A DNA stretch of 64,000 nt. Source: Zancudomyces culisetae HAW-14-8. Taxonomy: Eukaryota; Fungi; Kickxellomycota. The position numbers were made by a program, and so were the translations under genes. Shown piece by piece: positions 52,834 to 64,000 of the stretch (its first letter is position 1; each line of letters opens with the position of its first letter). Under the pieces are notes generated by a model. The model saw nothing but the letters and a program-made list of their open reading frames with translations, searched no databases and was not told the DNA's origin. Location: positions 1,364,001 to 1,428,000 of the forward strand of contig JBNJNM010000011.1 in the NCBI GenBank assembly GCA_052426225.1, in the 5' to 3' direction.

Positions 52834-54080
52834 TACAAAAACACTAAAGAAAAGGGGGGAGGGGACATATGTGATGTCTGGTGGGCAAACTTTTGTATCT
52901 TATCTTACTTGCATTGCTTTATTCTTAGTGTAGATACAACGCTTGTAGAACATATTTTATTACTAATATTAAGAGGAAGCGACTATCACAGTGGTATATC
53001 TTTAAAATGGCTGTTACTTGTAGTTTTTTGTGGATGTAGACCGGAGTTTATAATTATTAATATTTTTTGGAAATATCAGTGTTATATAATGTCAAGGCTG
53101 ATCAATATTGAATAGTCAAACTCCTTAAAAAATAAACATTTTATATTTAATGATACTCAAAAACACACACAGCACAAATGACTGCTATAGTAAGGTGGCC
53201 CTAGGTACTTGGCTAAATCCCAAGATGTTGAGACCATCTGTAAGGGCCTAAGGGGTGGCGTAGAATGATCTAAGATATATTTTACGCTTACATATTTCGT
53301 GAGTAGTAATGGGGGGTTGAGAAAATGCAGAGGTTGGCTGTTTTCTGTACATATGTGATAAAAGGTAGGGTGGCTTCCAACACTCTTTTCTTTTATAAGG
53401 AAAAGTAAATTATAGAAAGATATTGTTTTTGGTTTAAATTGGTGTGTATACAGCTAGGTAGTAGTTATGCCAATGATTAACTGTTTTGGCTCTTTAGATA
53501 ACACGATTATCAAGAACAAAAAAAGATTGTAGAAAGTAAAGAGAATAAAAAAAGGACAACAGGTTACCAAAATCCCAGTTAATAAAAAAGTGGAACAACA
53601 ACAAAAAAAAACAATGGAGTGTTGATGGGTGCGATGAGCGCTTACTTGATATCTATTCATTTTTTATACAGGTTATATTTATGACAATTAGCTAATCGAT
53701 AGAATTTGAATGGATTTGAGATAATGGGAAGAGAGGATTTCGTTCAAAAAAGCGAAAAAATCAAAGTCTTGATATGGAATTGATGCAACAGTTGGGAAAT
53801 AAGGCGAGAATGTTAGCAGATTTTATTTGGTAATCTTCTCAACAAATCAAACCATCTTTTTTTTTTTGGTATGTAGGTCGCCTTACAGCTCCTAGAATAG
53901 CATAAAGAAATGCCCATTTCATTATCTCAAAAAAAGTAAAATAAAATAAATAAAAGTAAAAATAAAAATACTCAAAGATAATAAAAACAAATTCAATTCG
54001 TTTCCCGATTATTAATATAAAAACTAACTGTGTGTAGTTTTTATCTTTGCAGAAAAACATTTATAAAAAGAAACATAAAG

Positions 54081-55021
54081 ATGTCAGCAATCACAAGACT
54101 AGGTAAATATACAATCGCTATATAACAGCCGAACTCGGGAATCTATGCTTTAGCACCCTAAACAAGAGCATTTAGGCTGAAGGCTCTACTTCTGCTGTCC
54201 TCTTTTGGCACTAATTTTCTAATTTTCTAAATGTATTCTTGTAGGTAGTAACACGACCTCGGCTCTTCTACGCAGCACTCTGCGTACAAGGTAACTATCA
54301 CTCTATACGCGCATCAATTCTTTTTTCTTTTTGACGAAAATAGAGCCTAATTCAACACTTTGAAATTGACAATGGCAATAGAATGCTTCTTGACACCACA
54401 AGATGCTTTGGCCAGACCATAGGACTCAACTCCTTTAGATCTGTAACCACTCAAGCTGAAAAGGCAAAACATGCTAAGCTCAACAGACCAGTTTCTCCTC
54501 ATTTTGGAGCCTTCAAACCACCAACCAGCATGATTTACTCCGGTGGTAACCGTATTTCCGCTTTGATCCTATCATTCAGTAAGAATATTGTCCATTACAG
54601 CATATATGTTCATATATATATACAAATATAAGAGAATCTCTTCTCTGTATTTGCCTTTAGCGAATAGCACACGAATGTGTTATTCGACAACTGTGAGAAT
54701 CAAGTTACTAAAAAAAATCTTACACATTTACCGTATTTTACAGCTGGCTTGGCTGGTACCGCTCTTTTAGGGTTGGGCTCAACCATCGGCTATTATGTTG
54801 ATGCGCCTACCGCTGCATCCGTTGCTGCTGCCCTTCCTGCACTGATTTTCTACCCCGCAAAGTTGTTCTTTTCTTCCGTATTCAGCTATCACACTGTTGA
54901 GGGTGTTCGTCGTCTTCTATGGAGAACAGGATTCCTTCTTTCACCCCAACAAATGCGCACATCAGGTTATGTTGTTTTGGGCCTAGTTGCCACTCTTGCT
55001 AGCTACCTTACATTCTTTTGA
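54081..55021 (+). CDS. SDH3: Succinate dehydrogenase cytochrome b560 subunit (SdhC), divergent
   Basis: Four exons; presequence MSAITRLG..; NRPVSPH motif, SxxNR, YH heme ligand and three TM helices. Confidence 0.88.
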
Positions 55022-55572
55022 TTTGGAACAAAATAAATATTTTTTCCTTCCAAAAATCATGTATGATGCGATACAATACAGTAGCGTATAACATACCCCT
55101 CCCACTTAGAATATAAATTCAAGTCCCTAAATTGGTTCAATGGACGCTCAGTAGTTGTATATTACATAAGATAGTTTCCTATTAGCATATACTAGTCCTA
55201 GGCCTACGAATTATAACACCAAGTGAAAAATAGCTGTTCCTTTGCTGTTTGTGCTTTGTAACTACAACAGCATTATATTTAATACCAACGAGTCTTTCAT
55301 AAAAAGTCGAAGTTTTATCTTCTCACCATCTAGTTGCCATTTGTGGTCTTTTTGCCCTTAGTCCAAGCACTCTAAACTTCCAAGGAAGAGGATCAAGGAG
55401 GATGAGAGCAAAGTGACAGGAGAGAGCACAATTTCTAGAGTTATTTATTATTTCACAACTCGTGTACTACGAAAACTAAATAGAAATAACATTTATAAAC
55501 ATTAAGTGTAAAATATCTTTATATGAATCCGCCTGTTCACTCTTCTGTCTTTAGGATGAAAAGTCTTCCTTT

Positions 55573-56483
55573 TTATTCAGTAGATTTTGCTTGAGAAGGT
55601 AAGTTTAAATCATGAGCCTTAAAAATGTTGGCTTCATATGGGTTTTCGGTATCTGGGAATATGTACAGCCTACCAACTCTCTTATCTCTTAGTCTGTTTT
55701 TGGGCAGCATGCCTGAAACGGCCTTTCTGATAATCTAGTGGAAATAACAGAAATTATTGGATAAAAGACTAGATAAATATACAAACTTCAACCAGTAAGA
55801 TATATTTGAAAACTCAACTAACCTCTTCAGGTTTTTTTTCCATCATATCCTTATATTTAACAGCATTTAATCCGCCTGGATGACCTGTGTGTTTCCTATA
55901 TAGCTTTTGTTCTCTTTTTCGCCCAGTAACCTCGACATGCTTGGCATTAATTACAACTACATTATCTCCACAGTCAGCTATTTGTATTTATAATCAAGAT
56001 TCATTTCCATACATAATTATGAGCACAACTTAGCAAATTCCATTTTCACATATAAAAACATTTTTATACGTTTTTAGGTGTAAATTAATTGTCAATACAA
56101 CGTTGTACGGATGATATTTAATACTGACAAACTCCATAGTATAAAAAAGGAAATGACCAAACTATCAGGAACAAAATTCAAAAAAAGACTTACAAGCTGG
56201 ATCATAAATTGGTTTGTGCTTTCCCATCAGTACCGTGGCTATTTGGGAGCTCATTCTTCCAAGAACTTGACCCTTGGCATCAACTAGGTGCCAAATCCTC
56301 GCATAAGCCAATCCAGTCTATTTGTATGTCCGAGAATAGTGTTATCAGTTTTACAGCCTTGTTTGGATCTGTAAATGACCGAATTTATGGGTATACTATT
56401 CAATTCTTGAAAAAGTTCACAATGCAAAAAAGAAAAAATTCGACAAAATCTCACAAACTTACATTTCCTACAGTGCTAGACAT
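55573..56483 (-). CDS. MRPL23: Mitochondrial ribosomal protein uL13m
   Basis: Exons read MSSTVGN|[41 protein letters not shown]|[27 protein letters not shown]..|[16 protein letters not shown]. Confidence 0.95.
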
Positions 56484-57720
56484 TACTCTATATCTTTAAT
56501 CCGGAATTTGCAAGAGTACCCTTAATTCGATTTATGAGTATATAAAAAAGAAATAATTTGTTTTTTGTATGGTGGTAGATTTTTTTGTTTTTTTTTTTTA
56601 CAATATGATTTTTTGTTTTCCAAAACTTGATTAATGACTTTGGTTTTTATTGGCTAGGACCATAGTATACTTTTTAGCGAAAAATAAAGTCTTTGAGTAA
56701 TCTCAAAAGCAATGATTTGTCTTTTTAATCAACTTGGGGTTAAAAAAGTTTTTAGAGTGATCCCTTTTAATATCATGGTTAGTTTCGGTATGCTAAACTA
56801 GAGAAAGGTCAAAGATAAAATGCTGTTATACATCTCCTTTTTCGCAATGCAGTCGGGTTGTTATTCAGTATGGTTTATTGATGAAACTATGAAAATAAAA
56901 ATTCTATGCTGTTTAACCATGTATGTTGGTTTAATTCCGTTTTGACATCGCCTTATATATTTTATTCTATGTGAGATTTTTTTTGGGGGGAAGGTATAAA
57001 TGGCTATCTGAAAGTATAGCTGCTGTACCATCACTATTGCTAGGTGTAATTGAATATACCCTCAATACTTTGGGTCGACGGCCTAGACTTCTGTGTATTT
57101 GGTGCAGAGTATGCCACAAGATTTAAATACAATGACGCTAATAAATTTATTGAGTTTCTAATTTGTAATATACTATGTGCTGTGGATAAAACAGTTTTTT
57201 GTATATCGGTGGGGGATATCTCGCAGTGAAAATGATACATCAACGATATTCACAGAAACGTTGCTAGAGTTGAAGATTATTGCCGAGACTTAATAACATT
57301 CTTTTATAAGCAATAAAACCAATGTGTGCAAAAGTTCAATAAAAAAACAGTTGGTGGTAAATATTACTGATTTGGCTGACTTGGTCTCATCAGCTCTTTA
57401 GATATGAACAATTTATACTAGTATGAAAACAGAAAGACTCTCTACAATGCGAAATGGTTTGGATGGCACCTGGAGGAAATGCCATTTGGTGAATAAACTA
57501 GACCTTGTCACATACTTTCCAGGTTTATTGGCACATGTGTTGCAAAGTGTAGTCACGCAGAAACTGAATTATTGCTTGTTCTGATCAGTGTCATTTGGTT
57601 GAAACTTGTGGGTTTATTTTTCAAAGAATTGCTTTCACGGCCAAATTCTATTGCGCGAATGGAATTTACAGCAAATTTTTTTTTTAGATTTGGAGTTAAC
57701 CAACAAAATAGAAAAATAAG

Positions 57721-59706
57721 ATGGGCAAAGTAAATCAGCCAAAGCATAATAAGGATATATTAAACAACATGGAAAAAGTGTTGGCAAGCTTAATACCTGC
57801 AACGTGTAGGGGGATAAAAAGGCTAGATAAAGAGTTATTTTGCGTAAAGGTTTGTGTTCCAGCCTTGAGAGTTCCCGTCAAAAGTATAGGCCAAGTCCAA
57901 AAGCAATTTAAGGAGTAAGTTTTCACATTCGAATCTCATTTATGACAGCTTTATTTTTTGGTATAAAAATTGGTGCATGTATCCAAAGTATTGTAATGGC
58001 GTACTGTAATCCGATTTAATATCTTTATTTACATATAAAACTTAGTGAGCTTTTTAATGCACCTCGATTACGAAATGTGATTGGGATCGATGGAGACAAG
58101 GAGTATAAACTAGTTCTGCTGAAAAATTCCGAAATAGGAAATGGTAGATGTTTTCAATTGTAATTTACATTCTGGTATACGTTTTTATGCAAACAAAATA
58201 GAACACTATGAGATATTCTAACTAAGTTTTATTGTGGTACTAAAAAAAAGAAATAGGCAAAGAATTTTCCCCAGAATTCAAGAAAAAGATGGAAAGTGAG
58301 GGTTGGGAGTTGAAAAGCCACACAGTGATCATTGATTACAGCTACTGGACTGCAGGTACTTGACCAGAACTAATTTATTAATAATAAATCAATTTCTATA
58401 AATGATATATACTCTTTTCCATTTTCAAGACAGTATTAAAATGCACATATGCAGCTAACTGATACTAAATATTACCACAGAGGATGTATTGAAGGCTATA
58501 TTACCAACATCTAATGAAGCACCGACATCTTTTGAGCAGGTGGGGCATATAGGTAGGTATAACGCGAGATGTCAATCAAAGCTGAGGACTCCTGGGACTA
58601 TTATTGTATTCTGAAGACGTTTAAATGCAAAAAAAAAACTGATTTTCAAATAATACACTGTAGCGCACATGAATTTGCGAGAGGAATACTTTCCGTACAA
58701 AGAGATAATAGGGAAAGTTATATTAGATGTAAGTACTGGGTATCCTGTAAATATATTTTGAACTTTATCATGCTACGAGCGTGAGGCGATCCTTTGAAAA
58801 GTAAACTAAAAGATGTGATGTATTAATGGCGTTAAACTACCAAATTTTACTTAATACTAGAAATCGGCCAATATAAAAACAGTTGTAAACAAGTTGGATT
58901 CAATCGACAGCGAGTTTAGATTTTTCAAAATGGAAGTTCTAGCAGGCGAGCATAACCTGTTAGCTAAAGTTAAAGAACAAGGGTGCTATTTTAAGTTTGA
59001 TTTTTCCAAGGTGTACTGGAATTCAAGACTACAGGGAGAGCATGAAAGGCTGGTTAAAAAATTTAAAAAAACAGACATCATTTGTGATGTGATGGCGGGC
59101 GTTGGCCCATTCTCGATCCCTGCTGCCAAAAACATTGGATGTCAGGTCTACGCCAATGACTTGAATCCAAGCTCATATTCATCGCTGGTAGAAAACATTG
59201 AAATAAATAAGGTTGGAAAAAAAGTAAAGGCGTATAACATGGATGGAAGACAGTTTATTAGGCAGAGTTTTAAAGAATTACTTGATGCTTGCGAGGATGA
59301 AGCAAAGACGTTTAATCACGTGTTAATGAATTTACCTGCGACAGCGATTGAATTTTTAGACGCTTTTAACGGAGTCTATAGTGGGTATCAAACAAAAGTA
59401 TTTCATGAAGGTAGGTATAAGAACGACTTTGCACCACCCACGATTCACGTCCACTGCTTCACAAAGTGTGCAGAAGATCCAAATGCCGAAATATTAGAAA
59501 GGGCCAAGGTAGCGCTTGGCTTGGAGGATAAGTATTATGCGGAATTTTGTAAAGACGCTATTATTACGTATGTAAGAAGCGTAGCACCAAATAAGAATAT
59601 GTATTGCTTGAGTTTTGAGCTTCCAGCAAGCGTAGCACTTGGGAACGCGAATCCATATCAAAGCACGAATAACCAGAATGAAAGTTGTGATTCCGAGAAT
59701 AGGTAA
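57721..59706 (+). CDS. TRM5: tRNA (guanine-37-N1)-methyltransferase
   Basis: Six exons: [74 protein letters not shown]. Confidence 0.96.
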
Positions 59707-60447
59707 CACTTTGTGTCTTTTGTATCTTTGCACCTTTTCTCTATTTGTCTATTTTTATGTATCGCTTTTCTTTTCAAAGTATACATTATTCAACCGACAA
59801 GGTAAAGCCAGTATTTCTAAAACTCAGCCTATAAATATATATTGGATTAGTGTGGAAAAGGCTGATAATATTGAGGAAAGACCAAAAAAAGTTTTCAAAT
59901 CGTCATAGCACAGCAAACGCACCCATGTTTTAGTCATTAACTGTTTTATACATTTGGATTTTTTTGTGCTCAATATACTATTAACCCCAATCGATACTAA
60001 TTATTGCTAACCATATCTGTTTTAAGCTTGTAAGATCAAGCATTCAAAAAACCAAAGTAGAGCCTAAAGTATAATCTAAAACACAATTTCATCGAGTTAA
60101 ATGCATTAAAGTGTAATTGTCCCAAATATCAGTTTTACACAATTCAATACAAATAAAACTCGCTTTTTGTTTTTTTTATTTATTTAGTGGAGCAAAGCGA
60201 ATTCCAATAAGAGCAATGTGGCTAGAAAAAAAAAGGAGCCAATAATTCATGTATAGAAAAACTAAAAGAACACATAACTTTCACAATTCACACAGTTGCA
60301 CATAAAGGGATAAACGCATGGTTGGTCAGCTGATAAATCAAGCGAAAGATGCAGAAAAGGTGTATCTTGACGCACTAGGAAGAAAAGTATATATAGTTAG
60401 CCATGGATGATATTATTTAAATATATGTATATGAAACAGGGTTGTTT

Positions 60448-61474
60448 TTAAGGGTTTTGGTTTTGCGAATCAGAATTGCTTTCTAGATCCCAGTTGCTAT
60501 CACCGTCCCAGTCATGAGATTCATAGAGTAATGTATTGTGGTCAGTATTCTTGGCCTGATTATTAGAATTGGTGTCCTGTTTTTTAATAAGGGCGGCCTT
60601 TTCGGTATTTGAAGAGGACTCAGGAGCAGCAATCGTGGCTGCAGATTTACTCGGTTCTTTACTCAAAATGGCATCTTTAACGCTGTCTTCGCTAGTAATA
60701 CTTATCTTAGTGTGGATATCGCTCATAGAGTCATCCTGATCTTCGAATTTCCCATCAACCCCGCCCACCAACTCATCAAATAATTCGTCCAACTCGATTT
60801 CATTGTTAAGGCCTTCGGCTGTCGAAATCAGCGGAACACGTTTGTGTTGACTTAGTGATATTGGAAGTAGTTCTCTATTCTGACATAATTTTCTCCCTAA
60901 TCGCGTCATTATGATACTACACACAACTATCGTAATCCACCAGAGCAATGAGAGAGGAAATTCTCTTTTGTATATGAAAATGGTAATAAAGTGAAAAAGA
61001 TAGAATGTTATCGTAAAATCCAAGCATTTCCGAGCCCGCTCAACTATAAGAACGAGCAATACAGAGCTATTTTTTTTATTAAAAAAGTGATGCAAACAGG
61101 ATTAGTTGCTAAACAAAATCTCCATCAAGCATTCTTCTTTTTATTGTTTTACTTTGGCATATTTTCAAATAAGATGGAGGTATGGAGGGAAGATAGAATG
61201 GCAAACACCTTGTAACTTAAAACAAAGATAAGACTTACTTTACTAAAGAGCTAAGTATATGTACAGATAACACTATCCATCCCTGGGTAGTGTTTGCGTT
61301 GATGGCTTCATCATCGAACACCGCTACTGTTGGATCCAAATCTTTCGTGAAAAAGCTGGTAATATATAGAAATAGCCATAGGTTCAAGATTCCGGTTAGT
61401 TGTAGGGCTAAAATTTGAAAAAGTATAAGTAGTGGATTCCATTTAGTGGATCTAAATGATGAAAAAACCACCAT
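60448..61474 (-). CDS. SYS1: Golgi integral membrane protein Sys1 with extended acidic C-tail
   Basis: FRSTKWNPLLILFQILALQ; one intron; VERARKCLDFTITFYLFH..FP..WW..LCQNRELLPI. Confidence 0.9.
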
Positions 61475-62016
61475 CTTGCTTGTTTATATTGTTTTTAAAC
61501 TTTAACCATCTGAAATAGTGGGTGAAAGCTATTTAATATTTATTCATTGCATCAATTATGCACCCTTTTTAAAGTGAGGCAACATTTTTCTTCATAATTT
61601 ACAACAGGCAGAGAGAAATATTAAAAACCAGTTCTATTTTGACCAAAATTTACCAAATACATTCTTTTGCCAAGATTTATTAACAAGTAAAAAGGAAGTA
61701 CAACACAACACAGTATCCAATAACGCTAGATATGCTCGTAAGAGAAATATCAGAAATGGAGAAAGTGAAATTAATAGCTTTCGTCCCAAGGTTTTTCTAT
61801 CAATACAAAAGTGACCATTTCAGTGTGTATCTATACGCCAATATTACCCTTTTTTTTTCAAGAATGCAAGCGAGTTTTGTATTAATGTTGGATTTGGGAG
61901 CTGCACATAAATAAGTGTGGTAAATAACAAAACATGTCAGCCTGAAAGTACCAGCAGCGAGAAAAAATTGATATGTCCCGAATACTAGTAATTTTATTTG
62001 GTGGGGGCAAAATAAG

Positions 62017-63726
62017 CTATGAAAAAGAAAAGGTACAAAGATTATCCAATGTAGCTTTAGTGCTGTTAAACCCGGCACTACATGCTAGGGAGGTACCAAT
62101 CCAAGCTCTGTCAGAAGATAAAAAGACAATCCCACTGGAAAGAAGAGGCGTGCCATCAGTCTGCTTGTCTTCGGTAGATTCTTCAGCAAGCTTTGCTGAC
62201 TCTGCCAAAGTATTCCAGCCTGGAACCTCGTACAAAGCCGACGAAATGTCAGCCAAAAGTCGCGGTCTAATATTTGGTATGTCTGCAAGGCCTCCGGTGA
62301 TAAGTAAGTTTGATGCCATAGTACGTCGCAAATCAACCGGAACAGCTTTAATCGATCTTAAAACAAGCTCGGTTACACCTAATTTATCAACCTCGGGGTC
62401 GCCTAAAAACACAACCTCCAATATATGCTCTCTAACCCAACCAGGCAATCTTATTCTAATTGCTTGGCTATTTTCTAGTTCCCACGCGAAATCCAACTCG
62501 CTGGCAATCAAAGTTTGAGAATAAAACGACAGCAGCTCCTTGCATACTAAAGGTGAATCAGTTTCCGAGGATTCGCTGGATGTGACCAGGCCTTTTGGTG
62601 GTGCAACCGGTGATGCAAATATAAAGTTGTGGATTATGTGGTTGCATAGTTTCTTTGTAACAAAGCTTTTAGGAAGCTTATTGTTGAACCCGCCAACTTC
62701 AACGATGCTGTATGCTCCATATTGTGTCAAGACTTTACCAAGATACTCCTCCAGTGCCTTTCCTGCTATTGAGGAGTACTGTGCGTAAACGTACATCGGC
62801 CTTCCATCGAATACCTTTAGATATTAATTTTGATTAGCCTCACATAGTGGTGTTTTGGGGTATACAAACATTACTTACCGGAACTACAGATGTTTCCAAA
62901 TATCCAATATTTACCACCAATCCCTCCATTTTACCAACCGTTAGTAGCGACATTAATGGCTCTGGAAAAAACTCAACTGATGGAACCTATCATACAAAAA
63001 GAACGGATTAGCATTTTTGCCGTTTATGGATATGACCAGCGTTTCGTGTTTATAAATATAAATGTCTATTTTAAGTTGTATTTACATTGAGCGTTTCAAG
63101 GAGTATATGGATCAGGATTGCTTTAACAGGATTGGGTAAATTACAAGAATCTACAATAACTACACTCCTAGTTCTAGGATCTATAAGCAATTTGCTTCGT
63201 TTTATTTTTTTTAAAAAAGATCAATTATGTTTTAGTCTGATTTTTGCTAAAATTTTGATTTTATGCCTTAAAAATCACGGATTCATAAGAAACACAAAAA
63301 AAAGATAACTCACTTGAGGTATATAAACTGCAGTCTCTCTAATAACATATCATGAACATATTCAAGCTTATTGTCCTCTATGGGTAGCTCGTATAATGTC
63401 TCGTTCTAGTTTATATTTTTTCGTTACAATCCAGAATAGTTCTTTATATTCGATAATGTTTAGGCCTCATTTAGCTATTTCTATAATACGGAGGAGATAA
63501 TAGTTTAAAATAGCCTACAACTTACCATTGTTTCTTTATTCTTACACTCTTCCAGGATCTCGCTCTGCTTTTTCCCATCAAATTCAATTTTGTACGCTGG
63601 GCTGCATGAACCTGAAAAACCAGCTTTTATAAGAGTTGTTCCTATCTGAAAAACAACTCTTTCTACATTCTTATCTATTAGTTGGCGACTTTTGTAGCCA
63701 CTTTTGTATGTTTCTTTTAATTCCAT
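62017..63726 (-). CDS. Actin-related protein, Arp10/ACTR10 (dynactin Arp11)-like
   Basis: VVFQIGTTLIKAGFSG..P; LVIDIGW..TSVVPVFDGRP; GKAL..L; VPVDLRRTMASNLLITGGLADIPNIRPRL; AWIGTSL; multi-exon. Confidence 0.8.
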
Positions 63727-64000
63727 AGTGTCCCCCTTGTCTGGTCAAGCAAGCTTGGTTTTCCTATCTTCGTACTTCTATTATAATTTTGTATGTGTGC
63801 CCCTGCATGAATCTATATTTCTCTCCCGTTGGCTCTCAAAATCGCATCGCTTACCGCTAACTATTGTCATCCGCAACCCAAAAAAGCAAAGCGATTTTTA
63901 TTTCATAAAGCTGTTTAATTCCACTTTCTATGAACAACAACATCTTGGGAAGTCAATTGGATGAAATCGAAAAGCTGAAAAAAAAATCGAGCTAGTATTT

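Noticed and set aside
1-59706. Several mitochondrial genes in one window (CYT1, carrier, COQ11-like, SDH3, MRPL23) as a possible cluster
   Set aside because: Widely dispersed among unrelated housekeeping genes; no shared motif seen.
1-64000. Selenoprotein (in-frame TGA plus SECIS), known from some early-diverging fungi
   Set aside because: None of the genes I assembled needs TGA read-through, and I recognised no selenoprotein family.

Overview
AT-rich eukaryotic nuclear DNA with short GT-AG introns. Protein content points to a fungus, most likely an early-diverging lineage (Zoopagomycota/Harpellales-like; this is inference from composition and protein style only). The window holds about 23 protein-coding genes and one tRNA-Asn(GTT). 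The genes are cytochrome c1, an AMSH-type JAMM deubiquitinase, a mitochondrial carrier, RPL31, a group-I G-alpha, an SDR, a LAMMER kinase, a winged-HTH/SET protein, a COQ11-like SDR, NEDD8/Rub1, an alpha/beta hydrolase, a secreted CAP protein, a thiolase, OSCA/TMEM63, two orphans, a B-box/DUF2009 protein, a SulP permease, SDH3, mitochondrial uL13, TRM5, SYS1 and an Arp10-like protein. CYT1, NEDD8 and MRPL23 are not represented by correct-frame ORFs in the supplied track and were assembled by hand from exons. The most interesting candidate is a predicted HARE-HTH plus PR/SET-like fusion, a possible DNA reader coupled to a lysine methyltransferase. A Sdh3 with a rewired quinone-site region comes next. 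No CRISPR array or intact transposon was seen. All family calls come from recognised motifs; no database search was run.
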